64,000 nt of DNA from Candidatus Moraniibacteriota bacterium (lineage in GTDB: Bacteria > Patescibacteriota > Minisyncoccia > Moranbacterales > UBA9337), in assembly GCA_049287345.1 (NCBI GenBank), contig JBAQFQ010000017.1, positions 4,555 to 68,554 on the forward strand. Direction: 5' to 3'. Made by a program: the position numbers and the translations under genes. Below the pieces are notes generated by a model, which saw only the letters and a list, made by a program, of their open reading frames with translations, had not been told where the DNA came from and made no database searches. Below are positions 20,207 to 28,422 of the stretch, piece after piece (position 1 is the stretch's first letter; every line of letters begins with the position of its first letter).

Positions 20207-20371
20207 ATGGAGAAGGAAGTTAGAAAATTAAATAAGACCTCTAATCATAGTTACTCGATAATTATTCCTAGAGAAATGGTGCGTAAATATCGCTGGAGAG
20301 AGAAACAAAAATTGACGGTAGAGGATCGAGGAAAGGGAGTGCTAGTAATTAGGGATTTGAAAAAACGATAA
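20207..20371 (+). CDS. 54-aa AbrB/MazE (SpoVT-AbrB swapped-hairpin) family DNA-binding protein; too short for the supplied ORF track
   Basis: Manual translation gives MEKEVRKLNKTSNHSYSIIIPREMVRKYRWREKQKLTVEDRGKGVLVIRDLKKR. The pattern SIIIPREMVRKY..TVED.G.GVLVIR fits an antitoxin/transition-state-regulator fold. A TATGATATAAT -10 box lies upstream. Confidence 0.5.
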   Translation: MEKEVRKLNKTSNHSYSIIIPREMVRKYRWREKQKLTVEDRGKGVLVIRDLKKR

Positions 20372-20431
20372 AATAAAAGTATATACTTAAGTATATACCT
20401 GGGTATATTCTCAACTAATTCGATTGAATTT

Positions 20432-21367
20432 ATGAATATTATAATTGAAAAAAATGTTGAATTGGCGCCACTTACCACCTTTAAGATAGGTGGTCGAGCA
20501 AAGTTTTTTGTGGAGGTAGCCAGTAAGGAAGAGATTGTAGCGGCCGTGCAGTATGCCAGAGAAAACAAATTAAAAATATTTATTTTGGGTGGCGGATCAA
20601 ATGTTTTGATTAGTGATAATGGATTTGATGGATTGGTAATAAGGATAAAAAACAGCGAAATAGAGATTGTCGATGGGGTGGAGATTATTTGTGCAGCTGG
20701 GGTAAAATTAATGGATCTGGTTAATTTTTCGGTTAAAAATAAGTTAACTGGTTTAGAATGGGCAGCGGGAATTCCGGGTACGGTAGGTGGGGCGGTGCGA
20801 GGCAATGCAGGGGCTTTTGGTGGTGAAATTAAAGATTCGGTCCTTAGTGTGGGGGTTATTGATTTAAATAAAGAGGAGTTAACGATAGAAACTTTAACTG
20901 GAGAGCAATGTCAATTTAAATATCGTAGTAGTTTGATTAAAGAATCGGATAGTTTGGTTATCGTTATGGTGAGATTTAAATTGGCGAAAACTGATGTCAG
21001 TAATGAGGCAGAAATTGCTGCAATTATTGAGAAAAGAAAGCATAATCAGCCAGTGGGGCCGAGTGCGGGTAGTTTTTTTAAGAATCCTAAAGTGACTGAC
21101 GCAAAAACTATTGAGAAATTCGAGCATGATATGGAAATGAAAATGAGAGGAGAAAAGCTTCCGGCAGGATGGTTTATCGACGATCTGGGTTTTAAAGGAA
21201 AAAAGATTGGGGGCGCACAGGTGAGTGAAAAACATGGTAATTTTATTATGAATAGTGGCAAAGCTAGCGCGGAGGATGTGATAATTTTGAGTAGTTTTTT
21301 GAAACAAAAAGTTAGAGATAGTTACGGTGTGCAGTTAGAAGAAGAAATTAGTCGGATAGGGTTTTGA
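20432..21367 (+). CDS. murB: UDP-N-acetylenolpyruvoylglucosamine reductase MurB
   Basis: FAD-binding LTTFKIGG and GGGSNVL motifs; C-terminal MurB domain. Confidence 0.9.
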   Translation: MNIIIEKNVELAPLTTFKIGGRAKFFVEVASKEEIVAAVQYARENKLKIFILGGGSNVLISDNGFDGLVIRIKNSEIEIVDGVEIICAAGVKLMDLVNFSVKNKLTGLEWAAGIPGTVGGAVRGNAGAFGGEIKDSVLSVGVIDLNKEELTIETLTGEQCQFKYRSSLIKESDSLVIVMVRFKLAKTDVSNEAEIAAIIEKRKHNQPVGPSAGSFFKNPKVTDAKTIEKFEHDMEMKMRGEKLPAGWFIDDLGFKGKKIGGAQVSEKHGNFIMNSGKASAEDVIILSSFLKQKVRDSYGVQLEEEISRIGF

Positions 21368-21381
21368 GATTAATGATTTTT

Positions 21382-21485
21382 AATCCACCTACGCTAAAGC
21401 TTCAGTGGACGAGCTCGTTTTGAGCAAATTCTCCGCAGCTTACTGAAAGTAGGGTTTAGGGCTTTATCTGGGGTTAGTAATTTTT
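21382..21485 (+). repeat. Family-1 intergenic repeat, copy 3 (most diverged)
   Basis: Keeps the ACGAGCTCGTTTTGAG core. Compensatory changes TTCAGT / ACTGAA relative to the other copies. Confidence 0.8.
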
Positions 21486-21549
21486 ATTAATTAATTAAAG
21501 ATAATTTTATATATTTTTATAAAAATATATAGGAATTATCCACAAACGT

Positions 21550-21900
21550 ATGAACATAAAATATCTTTACAAAAACATTACAATTGATGATACACAGCGA
21601 GGCTATATCGAAAAAAGACTCGCGACTATTGAAAAAATATTAGAAAGTATCACTAAAGTTGAGGTAGAGGTTGATATGGATAAAAAAGGCTTACGTAGAG
21701 TAGAAGTGATGATTCATACTCCTCGAGATTTATTTCGAGCCGAAGAGACAACGGAAAGTGTTGAGGGTTCAATTGATTTAGTAGTTGAGGAATTGAAAAC
21801 TCAAATTACTAGAAAGAAAGACAAGCTCTGGACTAGAATTATGCGGGGAGCACGCTCAGTTAAGAAAAAGATGTCTATTGATAAGGATGCTAGGTTTTAG
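21550..21900 (+). CDS. hpf: Ribosome hibernation promoting factor / RaiA (S30EA family)
   Basis: Short (116 aa) S30EA fold pattern: ITIDDTQRGYIEKRL..VEVEVD..VEVMIHTPRDLFRAEE. Confidence 0.75.
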   Translation: MNIKYLYKNITIDDTQRGYIEKRLATIEKILESITKVEVEVDMDKKGLRRVEVMIHTPRDLFRAEETTESVEGSIDLVVEELKTQITRKKDKLWTRIMRGARSVKKKMSIDKDARF

Positions 21901-22008
21901 AATGTTTTAGATGTTCAAATTGTTAAAATTGTTGTAAATGTCAAAAATGTTAAATTATAAGTTGCGACACTTAGAACATTTGAAGCACATAGAACATTTA
22001 GAACAGTG
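21901..22008 (+). promoter_or_regulatory. Array of AATGTT-type hexamers in forward then inverted orientation (AATGTTTTAGATGTTCAAATTGTTAAAATTGTT..AAATGTCAAAAATGTT .. TAGAACATTTGAAG..TAGAACATTTAGAACAG)
   Basis: At least 6 forward and 3 reverse copies at ~10-bp spacing between hpf and the rplU promoter. A related block recurs at 55838..55865. Confidence 0.4.
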
Positions 22009-22015
22009 CTGGCTA

Positions 22016-22043
22016 TTGACTTTTTCTGGTAAAAATATATGAT
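22016..22043 (+). promoter_or_regulatory. Sigma70-like promoter (TTGACT-N16-TATGAT) for rplU
   Basis: Hexamers seen ~45 nt upstream of the rplU start. Confidence 0.4.
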
Positions 22044-22090
22044 TAAGTCTGTGGTCGTAAGCGACTGGATAATTTTTGATTTATAAAGAT

Positions 22091-22399
22091 ATGTTGGCAA
22101 TTATAAAAACTGGCGGAAAACAATATAAAATCGCCCAAGGAGATAAGATTAAAATTGAAAAAATCGAGGGACAAGTTGGGGATAGCGTGTTATTTTCCGA
22201 GGTTTTATTTGTGGGAGATGAAAAGGAAGTAAAGGTGGGAGCTCCTTTTTTAGAGGGTGCTGTAGTTGAGGGAAAAATTTTAACTCAAGAAAAAGATAAG
22301 AAGGTTTGGGGAATTAAGCATAAGGCTAAAAAGAGATACAAAGTTAAATTTGGTCATCGACAACAAATTACTGAAGTGGAAATTACCAAGATTGGGTAA
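22091..22399 (+). CDS. rplU: 50S ribosomal protein L21
   Basis: MLAIIKTGGKQYKI conserved N-terminus. The track ORF begins 5 codons earlier at 22076. No rpmA follows. Confidence 0.85.
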   Translation: MLAIIKTGGKQYKIAQGDKIKIEKIEGQVGDSVLFSEVLFVGDEKEVKVGAPFLEGAVVEGKILTQEKDKKVWGIKHKAKKRYKVKFGHRQQITEVEITKIG

Positions 22400-22423
22400 T
22401 CAAAATCAATATCAAATATTTCA

Positions 22424-22452
22424 AAACTCTTCGTGAAAGCGAAGAGTTTTTT
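22424..22452 (+). terminator. Rho-independent terminator of rplU
   Basis: ACTCTTCG-TGAAAG-CGAAGAGT + TTTTTT. Confidence 0.7.
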
Positions 22453-22744
22453 CGTTAACCAGAAAAACCACCGACTTTATCCGATGTGCGCTTTTGAATT
22501 ACAAATCTTTGTTACCAATATTTTTTTACTAACTTTTTTGGCAGCAAAAGAAGTTACAAAAAACTGCCACACGTACTACTAAAATAAATAAATCTAACTC
22601 TTATCGCTAAAACTTCAGACTTCGCATCCGCTACGTAACAAAGTTTCTTAACGCTCTTTTCGAGTTGATTTATTTTTATTTTATCCGTAAGGTGTGGACC
22701 AGAATGCATTAAGGACTAAATTCAAAAGCCCGCTTGAAGCGGGC

Positions 22745-22932
22745 AGAGTAGCGGACACTAACATCGCTGCTGGTTTTCATTTTTGGTGAGATGTAGGGAC
22801 CGTAGCATTGCTACGTCTAAAAAATTGCAGAGATGTGATATTGCAGGCTATGTTTTTTATTAGATGAAGCAGTGCTTCATCTCTACACGATAACCATCTA
22901 TTATTTGGCGTTAATTTAATTTATATTAAAAA
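22745..22932 (-). ncRNA. Candidate small RNA between two minus-strand intrinsic terminators; contains two perfect hairpins (22801..22815 and 22862..22882)
   Basis: Terminator-like hairpins at 22933..22970 and 22716..22744 (GCCCGC-TTCAA-GCGGGC + U tract on the minus strand) bracket ~190 nt with no ORF. Strand and ends are uncertain. Confidence 0.2.
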
Positions 22933-22970
22933 TAAAAAAAGGACTCGAATCCAGGATTGGACGCGAGTCT
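22933..22970 (-). terminator. Rho-independent terminator (minus strand) of the 127-aa/61-aa operon
   Basis: GGACTCG...CGAGTC stem followed by U7 on the minus strand, directly after the stop at 22997. Confidence 0.5.
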
Positions 22971-22996
22971 CGGCGGTGGGTGGGAAGGGTGAATTA

Positions 22997-23182
22997 TTAC
23001 CAAAATCCACCAGTGGATTCTTCTTGGAGGACGTTAGGCGGGATAGATGAAGGTCCATCTAGACATCTTCCACAAAAAGGACAGCATGGTCTTTCAGGGA
23101 TAGAATCCTGTCCATGATCGTTAGTTTCTGCAACTCTCTTAACTAGCGGGGGATTATCTTTCTTAGAGTCATTAGAACCCAT
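22997..23182 (-). CDS. 61-aa Cys-rich small protein (CCPFCGRC), hypothetical
   Basis: Strong SD GAAAAGGAGGAATGTT then ATG (MGSNDSKK...). The longer track ORF (to 23272) would translate through the SD. The ATG overlaps the stop of the upstream gene as ATGGGTTCTAA. Confidence 0.4.
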   Translation of the reverse strand: MGSNDSKKDNPPLVKRVAETNDHGQDSIPERPCCPFCGRCLDGPSSIPPNVLQEESTGGFW

Positions 23183-23555
23183 AACATTCCTCCTTTTCTT
23201 CTTCAGGTGAAATTTCCCCAAATTCATCCATCTCAAAATCATCTTCCGGAGCTTCAAAAATGTCTCCGACACGTGTTAAGTAAGTGTAGATTAACCCTGC
23301 TATCTGTGGAGTAGGAAAGAAATAGTCGCTAGCGATCAGCTCTTTGATTATGTCAAAAAAATCTTGATCAAAATCGGCAGAGCTTTCAATGGTCTGGGCA
23401 ATGTATTCGGCGGTTTCCCTGCAACCTAAACCACCCTCGGTTGCAAAAAGAATTATCTCTAGTGCCTCCTTATCCACAGGCTGTTGACTGGATAAAATGG
23501 TGCTATTGATGGCCATGGAGCTGGGTTGCTTTAAGATTCCAAATTTATCGCTCAT
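23172..23555 (-). CDS. 127-aa acidic hypothetical protein (C-terminal D/E-rich tail)
   Basis: SD AAGGAGAAAG precedes MSDKFGILKQ. The track ORF start at 23609 is probably an over-extension. No recognisable domain. Confidence 0.45.
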   Translation of the reverse strand: MSDKFGILKQPSSMAINSTILSSQQPVDKEALEIILFATEGGLGCRETAEYIAQTIESSADFDQDFFDIIKELIASDYFFPTPQIAGLIYTYLTRVGDIFEAPEDDFEMDEFGEISPEEEKEECYGF

Positions 23556-23649
23556 GCGCTTTCTCCTTGTAGAATTAATAAAAATAAGGTGAAATACACT
23601 TCTAACCAATAAACGAAGTTGATAAAAAAAGAACTGCTTTAAAATTAGT

Positions 23650-24237
23650 CTAATTCATTTGCTCGCGGTTAGTCAAGGCGCTGCCTAAGGTTATTTCGTC
23701 AGCGTATTCAATGTCTCCACCATTAGATAATCCTCTACCAAGGCGAGTAACTTTAACTGGGAAATCTTGGAGTTTTCTGCGTAAATAAAGAGAGGTTAAA
23801 TCCCCTTCGGTAGTTGGATTGGTGGCGATAATAATTTCTTGAGGTTTTTCTTGTTTGATTCTTTCCAAAAGTTCATTAACTTTAAGGTCAGAGTTTTCGG
23901 TATTGGCATCGAGTGAACCACCTAAAACATGATAAATACCTTTATAAATAGAAGTCCTTTCAATAGAAATTATATCCAAAGGATCTTCTACTACACAGAT
24001 GGTGTGTACGTAGCGATTTTTATTGAGACAAATTTCACATTCTTCTTTTTCTGAAATATTGAAACATTTTTTGCAATGACGTAATTTTTTAAGTTCGGTT
24101 AAATTTTTTGCAAATTCTAAAAGTTTTTCTTGGTCTTGTTTGAAAAGAAAGAGAACCAATCTCTCCGCCATTTTTGGACCGACTGAGGGTAGGGCGGAAA
24201 AGTTATCAATTAATTTTTGAAATATTTTTGGGTACAT
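23650..24237 (-). CDS. recR: Recombination protein RecR
   Basis: N-terminal HhH (LPSVGPKMAERL), C4 zinc finger (CKKC..CEIC), Toprim region. Confidence 0.9.
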   Translation of the reverse strand: MYPKIFQKLIDNFSALPSVGPKMAERLVLFLFKQDQEKLLEFAKNLTELKKLRHCKKCFNISEKEECEICLNKNRYVHTICVVEDPLDIISIERTSIYKGIYHVLGGSLDANTENSDLKVNELLERIKQEKPQEIIIATNPTTEGDLTSLYLRRKLQDFPVKVTRLGRGLSNGGDIEYADEITLGSALTNREQMN

Positions 24238-24345
24238 GGGTTTAATTTTTAATTTTGAATTTTTAATTTAAAATGAATTTCAAATGACTTAATTTTAAAA
24301 AGGAACTCTTTAATGCGTTAACTTTAAATAAATAATAATTCTGGT

Positions 24346-25749
24346 TTAGTTTTCCATATAGACTTCTTGGGAACCTTGGCCGTTATGAATTCTCTCTAGA
24401 TTTTTGAAAGTAGTGGATTGTTCTTCAAAGTAAAGACTAGCTCGGCCAACCGGACCATTTCTATGTTTGGCGATAAGCACATCCACAATTTGTTTGTTGG
24501 GAGTATCAGGTTTTTCGCGGTCCTCACGGTAAAGCATCATTACTACATCGGCGTCCTGCTCGATAGAGCCAGATTCACGAAGATCAGATAATTTAGGAAT
24601 TTGCGGTGAGCGGGATTCTACCTGTCGAGATAGCTGAGAGAGAGCGATAATAGGGATATTTAACTCACGGGCCAGTTGTTTTAAAGCTCGAGAAATTTCT
24701 GAAATTTCTTGTACTCGGTTATCACCCGCTCGAGAGCGGCCTTCCATTAATTGTAAGTAGTCGATGATGATAAGTCCCAAGTTGTGTTCAGTTTGAAGTC
24801 GCCTAGCCATGGTACGCATTTCCATGATATTAGCCGAAGCGGTGTCATCGATATAAATAGGGGCTTCACTTAAAATACCCATAGCCTCGTTAAGCTTTTC
24901 AAAGTCATTTTCTGGGCCACTAGAGCGTAATTTTCCAGTTCGTAAGCGCCACAGATCAATCCCGGCTTGAGCAGCGAGCATCCTGTCGATAAGTTGGTCG
25001 GATGACATTTCTAAGGAGAAGATACCCACTGGAATTTTAGCTTGGACCCCCACTTGTCTAGCAATGTCCAGTGCCAGAGTGGTTTTACCAATGGAGGGTC
25101 GAGCAGCTAAAATTATTAAATCTGATTTTTGAAAACCGGCTAAAACTTTGTCCAGATCAGTAAAGCCTGATGGCACGCCACGAAGACTACCATCATCACG
25201 GTGAAGTTCATCAATACGATTGAAGGCGTTTTCCAAAATTGACTTGATTGGGATAAAATCTTGTTTTAAATATTTTTGAGAAACTTTAAAAATTCCCTGT
25301 TCCGCTTCGTCGAGAATTCTTTCCACATCTTCATTGCCAGAATAACCCATTTCCACAATATGATCGGCCGCGCTAATCAGTCTTCTGAGCATGGCTTTTT
25401 TCTGAACCACTTTAGCATAATGGATTACATGGGCAGCTGAAGGGACAATATTTACTAAGGATGCGATATAGCTAGAGCCGCCAATATTTTCCAATTTGCC
25501 AACCTCATCTAATTTATTAGAGATACTAAGTACATCGATAGGTTCGCGATTTTCGTAAAGACTGAGCATTACCTCAAAAATTACTTGATGGGTATGCTTG
25601 TAAAAATCAACCGGTAATAAAAAATCTGCTATTTTAACAATCGCATCTTTGTCCAGCATTAAAGAGCCCAAAATGGACTGCTCAGCTTCAACATTATTAG
25701 GAGGAACGCGAAGTTCCTCAATTTTTTTATTACCTTTAGCGCTAGCCAT
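24346..25749 (-). CDS. dnaB: Replicative DNA helicase DnaB
   Basis: Walker A ARPSIGKTT, DnaB N-terminal domain, and RecA-like motifs H1a/H2 (IIIDYLQLM). Confidence 0.9.
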   Translation of the reverse strand: MASAKGNKKIEELRVPPNNVEAEQSILGSLMLDKDAIVKIADFLLPVDFYKHTHQVIFEVMLSLYENREPIDVLSISNKLDEVGKLENIGGSSYIASLVNIVPSAAHVIHYAKVVQKKAMLRRLISAADHIVEMGYSGNEDVERILDEAEQGIFKVSQKYLKQDFIPIKSILENAFNRIDELHRDDGSLRGVPSGFTDLDKVLAGFQKSDLIILAARPSIGKTTLALDIARQVGVQAKIPVGIFSLEMSSDQLIDRMLAAQAGIDLWRLRTGKLRSSGPENDFEKLNEAMGILSEAPIYIDDTASANIMEMRTMARRLQTEHNLGLIIIDYLQLMEGRSRAGDNRVQEISEISRALKQLARELNIPIIALSQLSRQVESRSPQIPKLSDLRESGSIEQDADVVMMLYREDREKPDTPNKQIVDVLIAKHRNGPVGRASLYFEEQSTTFKNLERIHNGQGSQEVYMEN

Positions 25750-25860
25750 ATATAGAACACTACACTATCTAAATAATTGGGGGAGTTGCCTGCCACCAAT
25801 TAACTTGGGGGTCCTTAAAGTATCTGTAAGTATATATGATAAGCCTGGACAAATCAACGC

Positions 25861-25888
25861 TTGACAATTTATGCAATTATGTGATAAT
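25861..25888 (+). promoter_or_regulatory. Sigma70-like promoter TTGACA-N16-GATAAT
   Basis: Upstream of the CDS at 26015. Confidence 0.4.
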
Positions 25889-26014
25889 CTTTCTTAATTG
25901 ATAAAGAGCTCATAATTTAAGGTGATTATGCAGTTGTTGTTAATTGTTTAATATTGTTTGGGGTAATTTTTAGTAAATATAATTTGAGTTGCTAAATTTT
26001 ATTGTTTTTATTTT

Positions 26015-27079
26015 ATGAAAAAAACTGTAAGTAAAAAAACTTCTAATAATTTATTTTTTGAAGAAGTAGTTAAGTCAATCACTAAGGAAATAAATGAGCG
26101 AGCGATTGTAATGATTGCTGAGCGTTTTGGTTTTAACAAAAAGGGAACTAAAACTTTAGGAGAGATCGGCGATACTTATGGAATTACTCGAGAGCGAGTG
26201 CGTCAGATAATAAGAGAGGCTATTTCCAAAGTAAAGCACCGATCCAAGAATGACCAATTATTTAAAGCGGCAGAGAGCAAGATTAGTTTTGTGGTAGAAA
26301 AAAAACATGGTATAATTTCAAAGAAAGAATTAATAGAATTGATAATCGAGCATGAAAAAGAGGAAAATTTTATTAATTTTATTTTGCATTGTTCAGATAA
26401 CTTTAATGTTATAGAAGCTGAGTTAGAAATGGAGGAAGCTGTCGCTTTAAGTAAGTTTGATATAGTTCATTGGCGAGAGGTTAAGGAAAAAGCGATGACA
26501 GTTTTAAATAAACATAATAAGGCTTTGCATTCAAGTTTGTTTTTTGCTGAACTTTTAAAATTTCACCCAGAGTTAGAAGAACAGAAATTTTTAAATTTTC
26601 TAAACGTTTCTAAGGAGATTAAGAAAAGTGTTTTTGATAAGTGGGGTATTTTTCACTGGACAGAGATTAATCCTAAAGGTGTGCGAGAAAAAGCTTACTT
26701 GATAATTAAAGAAAATAAGGAACCTTTGCACTTTAGAGAGGTGGCTCAATTAATCGATAAACATAGTTTAAGTAAGAAAAAAACACATCCTCAGACAGTG
26801 CACAACGAGTTAATTAAAGATGAGAAATTCGTTTTAGTAGGCCGTGGTACTTATGCTCTTAGTGAATGGGGTTATCAAAAAGGAACTGTGCGAGATGTGA
26901 TTGAGGAAATTTTAAAAAATAGTGCAGTGGCTTTAACCCAAGAAGAAATTATAGAAAAGGTCTTGAAAGTTAGAAATGTTAAGAAAACTACAGTAATTAT
27001 AAATTTAAATAAATTTTTCAAAAAAATGGATGGACGTAAATATTCCTTGAAAAATAAAAATAGCAAAAAGACTGTTTAG
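26015..27079 (+). CDS. DNA-binding protein with N-terminal sigma-70 region-4-like HTH and C-terminal HARE-HTH-like domain
   Basis: TLGEIGDTYGITRERVRQIIREAISKV resembles sigma70 region 4.2. The C-terminal PLHFREVAQLI...THPQTVHNELIKDEKFVLVGRGTYALSEW matches the HARE-HTH signature. Confidence 0.45.
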   Translation: MKKTVSKKTSNNLFFEEVVKSITKEINERAIVMIAERFGFNKKGTKTLGEIGDTYGITRERVRQIIREAISKVKHRSKNDQLFKAAESKISFVVEKKHGIISKKELIELIIEHEKEENFINFILHCSDNFNVIEAELEMEEAVALSKFDIVHWREVKEKAMTVLNKHNKALHSSLFFAELLKFHPELEEQKFLNFLNVSKEIKKSVFDKWGIFHWTEINPKGVREKAYLIIKENKEPLHFREVAQLIDKHSLSKKKTHPQTVHNELIKDEKFVLVGRGTYALSEWGYQKGTVRDVIEEILKNSAVALTQEEIIEKVLKVRNVKKTTVIINLNKFFKKMDGRKYSLKNKNSKKTV

Positions 27080-27135
27080 ATATCACGAGATCTTTAGGTA
27101 TCAATAAAAAGGTTAGTTAAAATAAATAAAAATAA

Positions 27136-28416
27136 ATGGATATTTTAGGAGAAATAATTCCCAATAACTTCTTCCATAATCTAGGGCAAATGCTTTCGAT
27201 TTCATGGTTTTTGGTTTTTCCTCCTTTGCTGTATTGGTTGTTTAAAATTTTGTGGTTGGATCATGCTATCGGGGGTTATTGGTCAAAGGTGCAGTGGGTT
27301 CTTTTGGAAGTGGTTCCACCTAGCAATATTGAAGAAACTCCGCAGGCCATGGAGATGATTTATGATGGATTGATGGGAATAACAAAGGGAATTAATGCGA
27401 TTGAAGAATTTGTGAATGGTGAAACCCGGATGTATTTGAGTTTGGAGCTAGTGAGTAAAGAGGGTCAGATTCATTTTTATGTTCGAGTCGCTAAGCAATT
27501 TAAAAATTTAGTGGAATCCAATTTTCATGCTCAGTATCCCACTTGTGAAGTGAAGGAGGTTCCTGATTATGTAACTGATATTCCCAAGGTTATTCCTAAT
27601 AAAAAATGGAATGTTTGGGGAACAGACTTTATTTTAAAAAAACCAGATCCATATCCGATCAAAACTTATAAATGGTTTGAGGAAAGTGTTACTGGAAAAT
27701 CGCTAGATCCTTTGGCGACAATCGTGGAGAGTTTAAGTAAAATTGGCCCTAAACAATATTTCTGGTTTCAGTTAATCATTAGTCCTTATGGAGATGGTGA
27801 ATATGAGACTGGAAAAGGTATCGTGGACAAATTAGCTGGAAAAGCTAAGCCAGCATCTAAAGGTTTGTTTGAATCTATTTTTGGGGATATTAAGGATGTT
27901 TTTTTGGCAGTTTTTAAAGGGATGGCTGGTAATCCAATCGAGTTTGCGACAGCGAAAGAAAAAGCTTTGGATGCTCCATTAGAATTTAAACTTACTCCAG
28001 GTGAACGGGATGTCTTAAAGGCCATTGAAGAGGGGATGGGTAAGGGATCATTTAAAACTAAAATGCGTATGATTTATGCGGGACGCAGAGAAGCTTTTAA
28101 TAAAGTAGTAATAGGTTCTTTTGCTGGTGGTTTCAATCAGTTTACGGATGCTAATTTGAATAGTTTTATTATGGATAATGATAGTAAAACTTTTGCCCTA
28201 CATCTTTTTGTGGACGCAAGAACTCGTTATCGTCAAAGAAAAATTTTAAGAAGATATCGAGCAAGAAATCGTGATGGGAAAAATTTCTTTTTAAACACAG
28301 CTGAATTGGCAACAATATTTCATTTGCCAAATATGGCGGTGATTTCTTCAGCAGTGCATAAGATAGAAAACAAAACTGGGGCAGCACCAGCTAATTTACC
28401 AATAGGTATAGAATAA
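27136..28416 (+). CDS. Hypothetical membrane protein (2 N-terminal TM + ~350-aa soluble domain)
   Basis: Hydrophobic N-terminus; no motif recognised; 6 nt upstream of the ATPase gene. Confidence 0.4.
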   Translation: MDILGEIIPNNFFHNLGQMLSISWFLVFPPLLYWLFKILWLDHAIGGYWSKVQWVLLEVVPPSNIEETPQAMEMIYDGLMGITKGINAIEEFVNGETRMYLSLELVSKEGQIHFYVRVAKQFKNLVESNFHAQYPTCEVKEVPDYVTDIPKVIPNKKWNVWGTDFILKKPDPYPIKTYKWFEESVTGKSLDPLATIVESLSKIGPKQYFWFQLIISPYGDGEYETGKGIVDKLAGKAKPASKGLFESIFGDIKDVFLAVFKGMAGNPIEFATAKEKALDAPLEFKLTPGERDVLKAIEEGMGKGSFKTKMRMIYAGRREAFNKVVIGSFAGGFNQFTDANLNSFIMDNDSKTFALHLFVDARTRYRQRKILRRYRARNRDGKNFFLNTAELATIFHLPNMAVISSAVHKIENKTGAAPANLPIGIE

Positions 28417-28422
28417 ATAATT

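Noticed and set aside
20251-20805. 184-aa minus-strand ORF overlapping the AbrB-like gene and murB.
   Set aside because: It lies antisense to murB, which has unmistakable motifs. The composition is low-complexity Ser/Pro/Ile, typical of a spurious antisense frame.
22939-22955. tRNA or tRNA-like T-arm, from the GGACTCGAATCC motif.
   Set aside because: No 5-bp T-stem closing pairs and no D-arm, anticodon arm or acceptor stem can be built around it on either strand.
22935-22990. tmRNA. The minus-strand CCUGGAUUCGAG resembles the E. coli ssrA 5' motif UCUGGAUUCGAC, and the + strand GGACGCGAG resembles the ssrA 3' end.
   Set aside because: No acceptor-stem pairing and no T-arm with correct closing pairs. 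No tag-peptide reading frame ending in AA-stop on either strand. The motif is better explained as the stem-loop plus U7 terminator of the adjacent minus-strand operon.
22970-23260. RNase P RNA. AAGGGUGAA and AGAACCC resemble the conserved region II/III and the P4 3' strand.
   Set aside because: The P4 5' strand (AGGAAAGUCCGG-like) is absent and the spacing is wrong. The segment lies inside a well-supported protein-coding pair with strong SD sequences.
23183-23609. Longer 5' extensions of the two minus-strand small genes (track ORFs starting at 23272 and 23609).
   Set aside because: The extensions would translate straight through strong SD sequences that sit at ideal spacing from internal ATGs. 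The shorter starts (23182 and 23555) are preferred.
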